A stretch of DNA of 64,000 nt from assembly GCA_029099845.1 (NCBI GenBank), contig JAQXOT010000011.1:41044-105043 (forward strand), written 5' to 3'. The position numbers and the translations under genes were made by a program. Positions 10,492-21,281 of the stretch are shown here, piece after piece. The stretch is from a bacterium. GTDB taxonomy: Bacteria > Bacillota_I > Bacilli_A > RF39 > UBA660. The notes beneath the pieces were generated by a model that saw nothing but the letters and a program-made list of their open reading frames with translations, was not told the DNA's origin and ran no database searches. Each line of letters starts with the position of its first letter. The stretch's first letter is position 1.

Positions 10492-11604
10492 ATGAAACTT
10501 ACCAAGATTAGTTTAAATAATTTCAGAAATTATTCAAATGTAGTAGTAAATTTTAATTCAAATATGAATATTTTTATTGGTAATAATGCACAAGGGAAGA
10601 CAAATTTGTTGGAAGCCATTGTTATTTTAGCTTTAACTAAGTCTCATCGAATTGGTGTTACTCCTAATATTATTCAATTTAATAAGAATAGAGCTATAAT
10701 TAAAGGAACAGTAAAAAAAGATAAAGTTATTTCAAAATTAGAAGTTATAATCACAGAAGATATAAAAAAAACTAAAGTAAATGGTGATGAAATAAAGAAA
10801 GTTGCTGACTATATTTCTAATTTAAATGTGATTGTTTTTACACCAGATGATTTAGAAATAATTAAAAGTTCACCTAATATCCGTAGAAATTTATTAAATA
10901 TTCAATTATCGCAAATTTCTAAGCAATATTTAAATACATATAATGAATATAATAAAATTTTAAAAACACGAAATGAGTATTTAAAAATTTTATTTAATAA
11001 TAGTATTGCTGATAAAGATTACCTTGATATTTTAACTGATAAACTTATTGAAAAAGTTATAATTATTTATCAAAAGAGAAAAGAGTATTTAGATTTTATA
11101 AATCAGAATATTGATAGATATTATAAGGAAATATCTGGTATTGGGGGACTTAAGGTTTGTTATGTGCCAAATATTGAATTTGATAGCTATGAATACGAAG
11201 ATTTGAGAAGAAAAATGAAGCATGTTTTTAAGAAAAACTATTTGAAAGAATTGAATTATGGAATGACTATGTATGGTCCTCATCGTGATGATTTTTTCTT
11301 TGAACTTAATGGTAATAATTTAAAGTTTTTTGGATCTCAGGGACAACAAAGATTAGCTATTTTGTCTTTTAAATTAGCGGAAATTGATATATTTACTAAG
11401 GTTAATGGAACTACACCAATTTTATTATTGGATGATATTTTTAGCGAGTTAGATTTAAAAAAGCGAAATAAGTTATTAAAATTTGTAAGCAGTAAGGGTG
11501 TGCAAAGTTTTTTAACAATGACTGATTTGAAAAATATTAATAAAAAGTATTTAGATAATTCTTATATATATGAGATTATGAACGGAAAAGTAGAAAGAAA
11601 GTAG
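10492..11604 (+). CDS. recF: DNA replication/repair protein RecF
   Basis: Walker A GNNAQGKTNLLEA; SMC-like signature; synteny before gyrB. Confidence 0.9.
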   Translation: MKLTKISLNNFRNYSNVVVNFNSNMNIFIGNNAQGKTNLLEAIVILALTKSHRIGVTPNIIQFNKNRAIIKGTVKKDKVISKLEVIITEDIKKTKVNGDEIKKVADYISNLNVIVFTPDDLEIIKSSPNIRRNLLNIQLSQISKQYLNTYNEYNKILKTRNEYLKILFNNSIADKDYLDILTDKLIEKVIIIYQKRKEYLDFINQNIDRYYKEISGIGGLKVCYVPNIEFDSYEYEDLRRKMKHVFKKNYLKELNYGMTMYGPHRDDFFFELNGNNLKFFGSQGQQRLAILSFKLAEIDIFTKVNGTTPILLLDDIFSELDLKKRNKLLKFVSSKGVQSFLTMTDLKNINKKYLDNSYIYEIMNGKVERK

Positions 11605-11613
11605 GTAATATAG

Positions 11614-13542
11614 ATGAATGAAGAAAAAGTAGAAGCAACGTATGATTCCTCAGCAATTCAAGTTCTTGAAGGACTTGAAGCAGTAAGAAAAAGACCAGGA
11701 ATGTATATTGGTAGTACTAGCTCTAGAGGATTACACCATTTAGTATGGGAAATTGTTGATAATGCTATTGATGAAGCTTTAGCTGGTTATTGTAAGCATA
11801 TTGAGGTTACAATTGGAAAAGATAATAGTATTACTGTAAAAGATGATGGTAGAGGTATACCTGTTGATATTCATCCAAAAACTGGAAAAAGTACTGTGGA
11901 AACCGTTTATACTGTTTTACATGCTGGTGGTAAATTTGGTGGTGGTGGATATAAAGTTTCTGGAGGTCTTCACGGTGTTGGTGCTAGTGTTGTTAATGCA
12001 CTTAGTGATTGGCTTGAAGTTAAAGTATATAGAAATGGTAATGTTTATTATCAAAGATATAGTAGAGGTGGGCATCCAGATGATGACTTAAAAATAATTG
12101 ATAAGTGTGATGAAAGCCGAACTGGAACTACTGTTCATTTCTTACCAGATGATGAAATTTTTACAGAAACTACAGTTTATGATTATGATATTTTAAAAAC
12201 TAGATTGAAAGAATTAGCATTTTTAAATAAAGGTTTAAGAATTTCTCTTTATGATGATAGAGAACCAGATAAAAAAGATACTTTTTGTTATGAAGGTGGA
12301 CTTGTTGAGTATGTTCAAATGCTTAATAAAAATAAGAATCCTATTCATGAAACAATTGTTGATATTGATGGTGAAGATAAGGGCATAAGAGTAGAAGTTG
12401 CACTTCAATATAATGAAACTTATAATTCAAGTATTTATTCGTTTGTTAATAATATAACTACTCCTGAAGGTGGTACTCACGAAGATGGTGTTAGACGTGC
12501 GTTGACTAGAATTTTGAATAAATATGCTACTAATGCTGGATTATTAAAAGAAAAGGATGATCCTTTAACTGGGGATGATGTTAGAGAAGGATTAACTATG
12601 ATAATTTCCGTTAAGCATCCTAATCCACAATTTGAAGGTCAGACTAAGACAAAATTGGGTAATAGTGAAGTTCGCGGTATTGCGGATAAAATTTTTGCGG
12701 AAACATTTGAGAGATTTTTAATGGAAAATCCTGATCAAGCAAAAATTATTATTGATAAGTCTATGACTGCTAGTCGTGCTCGAATAGCAGCTAAAAAAGC
12801 TAGGGAATTAACGCGTAGAAAAGGTGATTTAGATATTACTAATTTCTATGGTAAATTGTCTGATTGTAAGAGTAAAGATGCTAGTGTAAGTGAAATATTT
12901 TTGGTCGAAGGTGATTCGGCTGGTGGTTCTGCTATTAAAGGTAGAGATAGTATGACTCAAGCAATTTTGCCCTTGCGTGGTAAGATTTTAAATGTGGAAA
13001 AAGCGAGAATTGATAGGGCTTTATCAAATGAAGAAATTCGAACAATTATAACCGCTTTTGGTACTGGTATAGGTGATGAATTTGATTTATCAAAACTTCG
13101 TTATCATAAAATTATTATTATGACAGATGCCGATGTTGATGGTAGTCATATTCGTGTATTGTTACTTACTTTATTTTATCGTTTCTTTAGACCTATTGTA
13201 GAAGCAGGTCATGTCTATGCTGCTCAACCTCCTTTATTTGTAATTAAGCATGGTAAAACTATCAAATATGTTTTAAATGAAACTGAAAGAGATGAATATT
13301 TACAAACACTTTCTCCAAATACGAAGTATGATATTATGCGTATGAAAGGTTTGGGAGAAATGGATGCAGAGGAATTAAATGAAACAACTATGGATATAAA
13401 TAAGCGAGTTTTAAGACAAATAACTGTTGAAGATACACAAGCTGCTGATGAGGTTTTTGCTAAATTAATGGGTGAAGAAGTTGGCCCACGTCGAGAATTT
13501 ATTGAAACTAATGCGACTTATGTAGAAAATTTGGATGTATAG
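11614..13542 (+). CDS. gyrB: DNA gyrase subunit B
   Basis: GHKL ATPase motifs, Toprim EGDSAGG, 642 aa. Confidence 0.97.
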   Translation: MNEEKVEATYDSSAIQVLEGLEAVRKRPGMYIGSTSSRGLHHLVWEIVDNAIDEALAGYCKHIEVTIGKDNSITVKDDGRGIPVDIHPKTGKSTVETVYTVLHAGGKFGGGGYKVSGGLHGVGASVVNALSDWLEVKVYRNGNVYYQRYSRGGHPDDDLKIIDKCDESRTGTTVHFLPDDEIFTETTVYDYDILKTRLKELAFLNKGLRISLYDDREPDKKDTFCYEGGLVEYVQMLNKNKNPIHETIVDIDGEDKGIRVEVALQYNETYNSSIYSFVNNITTPEGGTHEDGVRRALTRILNKYATNAGLLKEKDDPLTGDDVREGLTMIISVKHPNPQFEGQTKTKLGNSEVRGIADKIFAETFERFLMENPDQAKIIIDKSMTASRARIAAKKARELTRRKGDLDITNFYGKLSDCKSKDASVSEIFLVEGDSAGGSAIKGRDSMTQAILPLRGKILNVEKARIDRALSNEEIRTIITAFGTGIGDEFDLSKLRYHKIIIMTDADVDGSHIRVLLLTLFYRFFRPIVEAGHVYAAQPPLFVIKHGKTIKYVLNETERDEYLQTLSPNTKYDIMRMKGLGEMDAEELNETTMDINKRVLRQITVEDTQAADEVFAKLMGEEVGPRREFIETNATYVENLDV

Positions 13543-13556
13543 GGGGAAAATAAATC

Positions 13557-16004
13557 ATGGATAGATTAGAAAAAAATAATATTGTAAAAGAAGTAGAAGA
13601 TTCCTTTTTGGAATATTCTATGAGTGTTATTGTTTCAAGAGCGCTTCCGGATTTACGAGATGGTTTAAAGCCTGTTCATCGTCGTATTTTATATTCAATG
13701 TATGAGTCAGGTTATACGCCTGATAAGCCTCATAAGAAGAGTGCTAGAATAGTTGGAGATGTTATGGGAAAATACCATCCTCATGGGGACTCTAGTATTT
13801 ATGAGGCCATGGTTAGGATGGCACAGGATTTTTCATATCGTTATATGTTAGTTGATGGTCATGGAAATTTTGGTAATATTGAAGGTTATGGTGCTGCAGC
13901 AATGCGATATACTGAATCTAGACTTTCAAAAATTTCTTTGGAATTATTGAGAAATATTAATAAAAATACTGTAGATTTTAATCCAAACTTTGATGAAAGT
14001 GAAAGAGAACCGGCTGTTTTACCTTCTAGATTTCCTAATATTTTAGTAAATGGAACCACTGGTATTGCTGTTGGTATGGCGACAAATATCCCACCACATA
14101 ATTTAGGTGAAGTTATTGATGGTTGTGTTGCGTATATAGATAATCCTGATATTGATTTGGATGGTTTGATGCAATATATTAAAGGTCCTGATTTTCCAAC
14201 GGGGGCTACTATTTTAGGAAACGCTGGAATTAGAAGGGCTTATGAAACAGGGCGTGGAACCATTACAATTAGAAGTAAGGCAACAATAGAAGAGAAAAAT
14301 GGAAAGCAGTATATAGTAATTGATGAAGTACCTTATGGAGTAAATACTTTGGAACTAAAAAATAAGGTTGCTGAACTTGTTCATAATAAGACGATTGAGG
14401 GTATTGCTGATTATCATTCAGATTTAAAGAATGGAATTAAGATTACTATTACTTTGAAAAAAGACGCTAATGCGCAGGTTGTTTTAAATAAATTGTATAA
14501 GCATACGGCATTTCAAACAACGTATGGAATTATTTTCTTGATGTTAGATCAAGGAACTCCAAAAACTTTGGGATTAAAAGATATTATTGTTAAATATATT
14601 GATTTTCAAAAAGAAATAATAGTTCGTCGTACTAAATTTGATTTGGATGTTGCTGAAAAGAGAGTTCATATATTAGAGGGCTTAAAGATTGCTTTAGATA
14701 ATATTGATGCTGTTATTAAATTAATCCGTGCTTCTAAATCTGATGATGAAGCTAGAGCTGGATTAATGAATAATTTTAAGCTTTCTGAGTTGCAAGCTAA
14801 TGCAATATTAGAAATGAAATTACGCCGTTTAACGGGCTTAGAACGTGATAAGATAGAAAATGAATTAAATGACTTATTAAAATTAATTGATGAATTACGA
14901 GGCATTTTAGCTAGTGATAAGAAGGTATTAGAGGTTATAAAAAATGAGTTATTGGAAATAAAAGACAAATATGGCGATGAGAGACGTACTAATATAGATA
15001 TGACAGCAATTGAATATATTGAAGATGAATCATTAATACCAAATGAAGATGTTATAGTAACTTTGACAAATAGTGGTTATATTAAACGCTTAAGATCAGA
15101 TACTTATAAAACTCAAAATCGTGGGGGAGTAGGAATTAAAGGAATGACTACAAATGAAGAAGATTTTGTTGAACATTTAGTATCTATGAAAACTCATGAT
15201 TATATTTTATTCTTCTCTAATAAAGGAAGAGTATATAGAATGAAAGGTTATGAAATTCCCGAATTTTCAAGGCAATCTAAGGGTTTACCTATTATAAATT
15301 TATTGGAATTAGATAAAGATGAGAACATTAGTTCGATTGTGGAAATTTCAGAAGATTATGGTGATATTAAGTATTTAGTATTTGCTACAAAGAATGGAAT
15401 TGTAAAAAGAACTGATATTACTGAATTTGATAATATTCGACGAAGTGGTAAAATTGCTATTGTTTTGAAAGAAAATGATGAGCTAATTTCCGTTAGAAAG
15501 ACTTGTGGAAAAGATGAAATTGCTATTGGTGCAAGTAATGGTAGAATGGTTAGATTTGTTGAAGATGAAATTAGAGTAATGGGAAGAAGTTCTTCTGGTG
15601 TTAAAGGTATTGAACTTGATGGTAGTTATGTCGTTGGTGCGGAAGTTGTTAATCCTGGACAAGAAATTTTAATTGTTACTGATAATGGTTATGGTAAGAA
15701 AACATTAATTGATGAGTATAGATTAACACATAGGGGTAGTAAAGGTGTACGAGCACTAAATCTTACAGATAAAAATGGAAGTATGGCGGCATTTAAGTGC
15801 ATTGACTCTTTAAATTATGATATTATTCTTGTTACTGATAGTGGTATAGTTATGAAGATGCCATTAGAACAAGTTTCTACATTGAGACGTGCTACTCAAG
15901 GTGTAAGGTTAATTAATCTTAAAGATAACCAGAAAGTTGCTACTGTTGCTCTTGTGGAAAAAATAATTGAAAGTGATTCTGGTGTTACAGATGAGGAAAA
16001 TTAA
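13557..16004 (+). CDS. gyrA: DNA gyrase subunit A
   Basis: Active-site region AAMRYTE, QRDR, C-terminal beta-pinwheel repeats; 815 aa. Confidence 0.97.
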   Translation: MDRLEKNNIVKEVEDSFLEYSMSVIVSRALPDLRDGLKPVHRRILYSMYESGYTPDKPHKKSARIVGDVMGKYHPHGDSSIYEAMVRMAQDFSYRYMLVDGHGNFGNIEGYGAAAMRYTESRLSKISLELLRNINKNTVDFNPNFDESEREPAVLPSRFPNILVNGTTGIAVGMATNIPPHNLGEVIDGCVAYIDNPDIDLDGLMQYIKGPDFPTGATILGNAGIRRAYETGRGTITIRSKATIEEKNGKQYIVIDEVPYGVNTLELKNKVAELVHNKTIEGIADYHSDLKNGIKITITLKKDANAQVVLNKLYKHTAFQTTYGIIFLMLDQGTPKTLGLKDIIVKYIDFQKEIIVRRTKFDLDVAEKRVHILEGLKIALDNIDAVIKLIRASKSDDEARAGLMNNFKLSELQANAILEMKLRRLTGLERDKIENELNDLLKLIDELRGILASDKKVLEVIKNELLEIKDKYGDERRTNIDMTAIEYIEDESLIPNEDVIVTLTNSGYIKRLRSDTYKTQNRGGVGIKGMTTNEEDFVEHLVSMKTHDYILFFSNKGRVYRMKGYEIPEFSRQSKGLPIINLLELDKDENISSIVEISEDYGDIKYLVFATKNGIVKRTDITEFDNIRRSGKIAIVLKENDELISVRKTCGKDEIAIGASNGRMVRFVEDEIRVMGRSSSGVKGIELDGSYVVGAEVVNPGQEILIVTDNGYGKKTLIDEYRLTHRGSKGVRALNLTDKNGSMAAFKCIDSLNYDIILVTDSGIVMKMPLEQVSTLRRATQGVRLINLKDNQKVATVALVEKIIESDSGVTDEEN

Positions 16005-16026
16005 TTAAAAAAAATATCATTAATTG

Positions 16027-16061
16027 AAAGATAAAATTTAAATTTATCTTTCTTTTTTTTT
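16027..16061 (+). terminator. rho-independent terminator after gyrA
   Basis: aaagataaaATTTAAAtttatcttt hairpin followed by a T9 run. Confidence 0.7.
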
Positions 16062-16160
16062 ATGTTTATATTTTTATTGCATTATTTTTTGACCATATTA
16101 TTAGAAATTTGCTTGTGGAAAAAAGATTTTGGTGTTCTAATAATATTTCAATTTGTAAAA

Positions 16161-16176
16161 TGTTTCACGTGAAACA
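16161..16176. promoter_or_regulatory. parS site 1
   Basis: TGTTTCACGTGAAACA exact palindrome. Confidence 0.85.
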
Positions 16177-16424
16177 CAGGTAAGTATTTTTTATTTAATA
16201 CAAGGAAATTTATTTTAATTAAGTTTTTCACTTTTTATTTAATATTTTATTTTATATTTAATATTTTAAATTTTATTTTAGTATAATCAGTTTGTATTTT
16301 TTATTAATTGCTTGATAGATGATAGCTTTATTAGAAAACTTATTGAATATTTTATTTGTGGAAAAAATAATTGAACATGCAAATATATTATTATGTTTAA
16401 TTGTACTTTATTATTTTGGGAAAT

Positions 16425-16438
16425 ATTTCCTGGGAAAT
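16425..16438. promoter_or_regulatory. Noc-binding-site-like palindrome (ATTTCCTGGGAAAT, 1 mismatch to NBS)
   Basis: NBS consensus is ATTTCCCGGGAAAT; this copy differs at one central base. Confidence 0.45.
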
Positions 16439-16496
16439 AATTTTTATTAAGAAAATATTTTTATGATGTTTTTTTCTAATATAAATATTTAGTTAA

Positions 16497-16512
16497 TGTT
16501 TCACGTGAAACA
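16497..16512. promoter_or_regulatory. parS site 2
   Basis: TGTTTCACGTGAAACA exact palindrome. Confidence 0.85.
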
Positions 16513-16605
16513 TTAAGATTGAATATATTTTTTATGAGCAGCTGTTATATCTATTTTTAATAAAAAGTAATTTTTTTAAAGCATCGGTTTAAATTAAAAA
16601 AACAA

Positions 16606-16621
16606 TGTTTCACGTGAAACA
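16606..16621. promoter_or_regulatory. parS site 3
   Basis: TGTTTCACGTGAAACA exact palindrome. Confidence 0.85.
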
Positions 16622-16721
16622 TTGTAAGAAAAACTAAAATTGTTAAAAAAATAATATCATTATTGGATTATTTCTTTAGTCCAATTTAAAGCAACCTTTA
16701 TATTTAACTATAAAAATAGTA

Positions 16722-16737
16722 TGTTTCACGTGAAACA
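16722..16737. promoter_or_regulatory. parS site 4
   Basis: TGTTTCACGTGAAACA exact palindrome, extended to ATGTTTCACGTGAAACAT. Confidence 0.85.
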
Positions 16738-16835
16738 TAGATTAACCCATAAAAAATAAATATATACAATAAACAATATAAATAAGTATTTTAAGATTGA
16801 TTTTTTTATTATAGTTATTCTTATATTAAAAACAA

Positions 16836-16851
16836 TGTTTCACGTGAAACA
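16836..16851. promoter_or_regulatory. parS site 5
   Basis: TGTTTCACGTGAAACA exact palindrome. Confidence 0.85.
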
Positions 16852-17002
16852 TAAGAAAATACTTGGGAAATAATAGTTTACAAATAATTATTCTTATATT
16901 AAAATATGTTTGTGCAATGAAAGCAATAGAACCAGGTCAGGATTGGAAAATAGCAGCCTTAATATTTCACTTTCATGTGCACTTTTATTTTGAGGTGATA
17001 TT

Positions 17003-17452
17003 TTGAAAAACAAATATATGAATATAGCATTTGATGAAGCTTTAAAAGCATATAATCTTGATGAAATACCTGTTGGAGCTGTTATCGTAAAAAATGATGA
17101 AGTTATTGCTGTAGGACATAATATGAAGGAAAGTAAAAAAAGTGCTATTTATCATGCTGAAATAATAGCTTTACTTGCAGCTTCAGAAAAATTAAATAAT
17201 TGGCGATTGGATGAGTGTGATATGTATGTAACATTAGAACCTTGCCCAATGTGTGCTAGTGCAATTAAACAATCTCGAATTAAAAATGTTTACTGTGGAT
17301 TAAGCAATTCTGATAAAAATAATACGTTAATTCTAGAACAAATATTTTCTGTAGATAAAGTTAATCCTAAGATAAATTTTTATAATGATTTGGATGCAAA
17401 TAATGTACGTAATTTGATGCAAAAATTCTTCTCAGAAAAAAGAAAAAAATGA
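17003..17452 (+). CDS. tadA: tRNA-specific adenosine deaminase
   Basis: CDA zinc motifs HAEIIAL and PCPMCASA; TTG start after a GAGGTGA RBS. Confidence 0.9.
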   Translation: MKNKYMNIAFDEALKAYNLDEIPVGAVIVKNDEVIAVGHNMKESKKSAIYHAEIIALLAASEKLNNWRLDECDMYVTLEPCPMCASAIKQSRIKNVYCGLSNSDKNNTLILEQIFSVDKVNPKINFYNDLDANNVRNLMQKFFSEKRKK

Positions 17453-17486
17453 TATTATATGATATAATTTTGTTGGTGGTGATATT

Positions 17487-19292
17487 GTGTATCAAGCATT
17501 ATATAGAAAATATAGACCGATTGATTTTGATAGTGTAGTAGGACAAGAATCTTTAGTAAGAACACTAAAAAATTCCATTATAAATAATTCTTTTTCACAT
17601 GCTTATATGTTTTTTGGACCAAGAGGAACTGGAAAGACTACCTTATCAAAAATTTTTGCACGAGCAGTAAATTGTTTGAATCCGATAGATGGAAATGCTT
17701 GTGGAAAATGTAGTTGCTGCCTTAATTCTTATGAAAAAGAATGTGTTGATATTATTGAAATAGATGCAGCTTCTAATAATGGTGTTGATGAAATACGTGA
17801 ATTAAAAAATAAGATTTCTTTGGTCCCAGCTAATTTAAAATTTAAGGTTTACATAATAGATGAAGTTCATATGTTATCTTTGGGTGCTTTTAATGCTTTG
17901 CTAAAAACTTTGGAAGAACCTCCTGAACATGCTATTTTTATTTTGGCTACGACGGATCCTCAAAAAGTGCCTGAAACAATTATTTCTCGTTGCCAGTGCT
18001 TCTCTTTTAAAAGAATATCGAATGGTTGTATTGTTAAACGTTTAAGAGATATTTGCAAAATGGAAAAAATTTCCATTTCTGATGAAGTCCTTAATGAAAT
18101 TGCTTCGGCTTCTGAAGGTGGTATGCGTGATGCATTGGGATTACTTGATAAATTACGCTCTTTTACTAATGGTGAAATAACAGTTGATGATTTTATTGAA
18201 TTAAATGGCCTAATAACAAAAGACAATTTAAAAGAATTAGTTGATTCAATTATGCAAGGTGATAATACCAGAGTTTTACAATTAATTTCTTCATATAATG
18301 AAAATGGTAAGAATTTAATTCAAATTATGTCACAACTTATGAATTATTTAAGAAATATTATAGTTTCATACTATGTGGATAATATTATTTTTGCTTATAA
18401 TGTAGATAATTTAATTAAACTAGTAAACACTGTTAACGAAAAAATGTTCGATATTAAAAAAAGCGGTAATCCTAATATATATATAGAGATGCTGCTATTA
18501 AAATTTATGAATGATTATACTAAAAATACTACTATTGATGATAAAAAAAATATTTCCCGGGAAATAAAAACTTTAGAAAAAGAGAAAACTGTTTCTCTTA
18601 CTGAAAATTTTAAAACAAAACAAAATATTGAATATAATAATAAAATAGAAGATATACAAGTTATTAAATCTATAGATAAAGATAATAATGATGATCAGTC
18701 TGATAATAGTAAAAATAATGATAAAGTCGAAGAACCGGTCAAAAATATTAATACTAGCGCTAGTATGAGCTCTACTGTTGATAATACTAATAATGATAAT
18801 GATATAGTTACTTTGAGACTTGAAAATTTATTTGAAATTATGAAAGCAAGAGTTAATAATACGTTAGCTATGGCTGATAAACAAATTTTAAAAAATGTTG
18901 TTAATTCTATGAACGTTTTTAATGATTATACATTTGATAATGAAATTGGCTATATTGCTTGTTCTTTATTGGATGGAAAGGTTAGAGCGGCTAGTGAAGA
19001 TAGTATTATATTGAGTTATTATTATGATTCAATTGTTAAACAAAATTTATTGGAATTAGATAAAATAACTGATGTTTTTAATAGATTAACTAATTTGAAT
19101 AAAAAAATTGCGATTATTACAGATGATGATTGGGAAAAAGAAAAAAGTAAGTATATTCAGACTATAAAAAATGGTCAACAGTATACAGTAATTGAAGAAC
19201 CTGAAATGAAAGTATTTGAAGGTTTAAAAGAAAATGATATAATATCTAATAGTGCAATGGAACTATTTGGTGATATTGTAGAAATGGAATAG
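17487..19292 (+). CDS. dnaX: DNA polymerase III subunits gamma/tau
   Basis: GTG start; MYQALYRKYRP...VGQ; Walker A GPRGTGKTT; zinc module CGKCSCC; SRC motif. Confidence 0.95.
   Translation: MYQALYRKYRPIDFDSVVGQESLVRTLKNSIINNSFSHAYMFFGPRGTGKTTLSKIFARAVNCLNPIDGNACGKCSCCLNSYEKECVDIIEIDAASNNGVDEIRELKNKISLVPANLKFKVYIIDEVHMLSLGAFNALLKTLEEPPEHAIFILATTDPQKVPETIISRCQCFSFKRISNGCIVKRLRDICKMEKISISDEVLNEIASASEGGMRDALGLLDKLRSFTNGEITVDDFIELNGLITKDNLKELVDSIMQGDNTRVLQLISSYNENGKNLIQIMSQLMNYLRNIIVSYYVDNIIFAYNVDNLIKLVNTVNEKMFDIKKSGNPNIYIEMLLLKFMNDYTKNTTIDDKKNISREIKTLEKEKTVSLTENFKTKQNIEYNNKIEDIQVIKSIDKDNNDDQSDNSKNNDKVEEPVKNINTSASMSSTVDNTNNDNDIVTLRLENLFEIMKARVNNTLAMADKQILKNVVNSMNVFNDYTFDNEIGYIACSLLDGKVRAASEDSIILSYYYDSIVKQNLLELDKITDVFNRLTNLNKKIAIITDDDWEKEKSKYIQTIKNGQQYTVIEEPEMKVFEGLKENDIISNSAMELFGDIVEME
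18552..18565. promoter_or_regulatory. perfect Noc-binding-site palindrome ATTTCCCGGGAAAT inside dnaX
   Basis: Exact 14-bp match to the B. subtilis NBS consensus. Confidence 0.5.
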
Positions 19293-19298
19293 GAGGAT

Positions 19299-19601
19299 AT
19301 GTATATGAATATTCAAGCAATGATGAAACAAGCTCAAAGTTTACAACGTGATATGCTTAATGCAAAAAAGGAAATTGACGCAATGTCTTTTGTTGGGGAG
19401 AGTTCATTGGTTAAAGTTACTGTTAGTGGTGATAAAAAAGTAACTAAAGTTGAAATTAGTAATAAAGATACTTTAGAAAGCGACGATTTAGACATGTTGG
19501 AAGACATGATAATGGTAGCTTTGAATGATGCTTTTAATAAGGTTGATACTGAAACAGAGAAAAAAATGGGAAAATTTGCTAATATACCAGGATTATTTTA
19601 A
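19299..19601 (+). CDS. ybaB: nucleoid-associated protein YbaB/EbfC
   Basis: ~100 aa, conserved position between dnaX and recR. Confidence 0.9.
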   Translation: MYMNIQAMMKQAQSLQRDMLNAKKEIDAMSFVGESSLVKVTVSGDKKVTKVEISNKDTLESDDLDMLEDMIMVALNDAFNKVDTETEKKMGKFANIPGLF

Positions 19602-19603
19602 TT

Positions 19604-20200
19604 ATGTACCCAGATAGTATTAAAAACTTAATAGAATCTTTTAAATATTTACCTGGTATAGGAGAAAAAACTGCTGAAAGATTGGCTTTTGCGGTTTTAG
19701 ATCTTGATATAGAACAGGTTGAATTGTTTTCTGAAAGTTTAGAAGATGTTAAAAAGAAAGTTCATCAATGTTCTTCTTGTAATGCATTAACTGAGAATGA
19801 ATTGTGTTTTGTTTGTTCAGATTCGACTCGTGATAAAAATATTTTGTGTGTTGTTGAAGATACAAAGAATGTTTTTTTATTTGAAAAGTTAGGTATGTTC
19901 CATGGCTATTATCATGTTTTAAATGGTTTAATATCACCACTTGATGGCGTAAATCCAGAAGATATTGGCATTGATAAGTTATTGGATCGTATTACTAACG
20001 ACAAGTTTAAAGAAGTCATTTTGGCTTTTAAACCTAGTATTGAAGGTGAGACAACAGCTCTTTATATAAAAAAAGTTTTATCTGGAATGGATGTTCTTGT
20101 TACTAGACTAGCAAGTGGTGTTCCAATAGGAGCAGATATGGAATATGTTGATAGCCTTACTTTGGAAAGAGCATTAAAGGATCGAAAAGAAATTGAATAA
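19604..20200 (+). CDS. recR: recombination protein RecR
   Basis: HhH region, C4 zinc finger CSSC...CFVC, Toprim domain. Confidence 0.95.
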   Translation: MYPDSIKNLIESFKYLPGIGEKTAERLAFAVLDLDIEQVELFSESLEDVKKKVHQCSSCNALTENELCFVCSDSTRDKNILCVVEDTKNVFLFEKLGMFHGYYHVLNGLISPLDGVNPEDIGIDKLLDRITNDKFKEVILAFKPSIEGETTALYIKKVLSGMDVLVTRLASGVPIGADMEYVDSLTLERALKDRKEIE

Positions 20201-20242
20201 TATCTAAAAAAAATCATACTCTTGATTAGGAGATGATTTTAA

Positions 20243-20422
20243 ATGTTGATATCCTTAATTAAAAAAATAATATTTGGAGCTTTTTTGTTGTATGGTTATA
20301 ATTTAATTGCAGTAAATTTTAATATGGTAATACCTATTAATGCATTTACTTTGGCTTTGATTACTTTTTTAGGCTCTCCGGCTTTAATTGCTTTGGTTTT
20401 ATTTAAGATTATTGTATTGTGA
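20243..20422 (+). CDS. bofA: pro-sigma-K processing inhibitor BofA (59 aa; below the 60-aa ORF-track cutoff)
   Basis: MLISLIKKIIFGAFLL...VNFNMVIPINAFTLALITFLGSPALIALVLF matches the BofA two-TM pattern (VNF...IPLNA.T...G.LG.PG.ALL). Same recR-(yaaL)-bofA position as in B. subtilis. Confidence 0.6.
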   Translation: MLISLIKKIIFGAFLLYGYNLIAVNFNMVIPINAFTLALITFLGSPALIALVLFKIIVL

Positions 20423-20432
20423 GGTTTTTGAA

Positions 20433-21281
20433 TTGAATAGTTTTCCTAATAATAACTCTAACTTTATTTCTAAAATAGATAGGATAATGCAATCTAAGAT
20501 GCTTTCGCATGCTTATATTATTCAAGTTGGAAATTATGAGGAAGACTTTTTATTAGTTAAATTATTTGTTAAGGAAATTTTATGTAGTTATAATAGATTA
20601 AGTAATGATATTTTTTCTTGTAATTTATGTAATATTTGTAGTTTAATTGATTCTAATAGTTATCCTGATTTGTATATTGTTGAACCTGATGGAAAGGAAA
20701 TTAAAAAAAATCAGTTAGCTGGTTTACAAAAAGATTTTCAGAATAAATCTTTGCTTGGTCAAACTCGTGTTTATATTATTAAAGAGGCAGATAAGTTAAA
20801 TGATGCTGCTGCTAATACAATTTTGAAATTTTTAGAGGAACCTAATGACAATATTGTTGCTATTTTAGTTACAACTAATAGATATAGGATGTTGGAAACA
20901 ATTTTATCTAGATGTCAGGTTTTATCAATTAATTCTATGAAAAAAAACATAGTTTATGATAATGAGATTATAGATTTAGTTAATTACATATGTGAAGGTG
21001 AGTCATTATTTATAAATTATAATGATATTATCGATCATATTCTTCCAGATAAAGTTTTGGCTAATGAAAGATTAAAGACAGTTGAAGAAATATTTGTTCA
21101 ATATTTGGAGAAAAAAAATACTGAATTGAGTCAGTATTTGATTAAACTTTCTTCAGATTGTATTATAAAATATATTTTAATTATAGAAGAATACTTGCAA
21201 AAGTTGCAGTATAATGTTAATTATAAGTTGTGGTTAGATTCATTTTTTGCTAAGTTATTGGTGGTGAGTAAAAATGTATGA
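20433..21281 (+). CDS. holB: DNA polymerase III delta-prime subunit
   Basis: LSHAYII motif, SRC motif (SRCQV), AAA+ lid. A TTG start at 20433 with a GAGG RBS is proposed; the 20388 ORF start overlaps bofA. Confidence 0.75.
   Translation: MNSFPNNNSNFISKIDRIMQSKMLSHAYIIQVGNYEEDFLLVKLFVKEILCSYNRLSNDIFSCNLCNICSLIDSNSYPDLYIVEPDGKEIKKNQLAGLQKDFQNKSLLGQTRVYIIKEADKLNDAAANTILKFLEEPNDNIVAILVTTNRYRMLETILSRCQVLSINSMKKNIVYDNEIIDLVNYICEGESLFINYNDIIDHILPDKVLANERLKTVEEIFVQYLEKKNTELSQYLIKLSSDCIIKYILIIEEYLQKLQYNVNYKLWLDSFFAKLLVVSKNV

Larger units (their letters stand above)
16161..16851. repeat. array of five perfect 16-bp parS centromere sites (TGTTTCACGTGAAACA) in a gene-free region
   Basis: Exact palindromes at 16161..16176, 16497..16512, 16606..16621, 16722..16737 and 16836..16851. 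Each matches the Firmicute parS consensus TGTTNCACGTGAAACA. Confidence 0.85.

Noticed and set aside
16161-16851. CACGTG-centred palindromes as transcription-factor operators (CodY, CcpA cre, TnrA, Rex or FNR-like)
   Set aside because: Spacing and half-sites do not fit those consensi, whereas all 16 positions match the parS consensus TGTTNCACGTGAAACA exactly. The location is origin-proximal and a ParB-family gene is present.
16005-17002. Expected rRNA/tRNA operon after gyrA (as in Bacillus rrnO)
   Set aside because: No rRNA-like or tRNA-like GC-rich structured segments are visible; the region is uniformly AT-rich repeats and parS sites.
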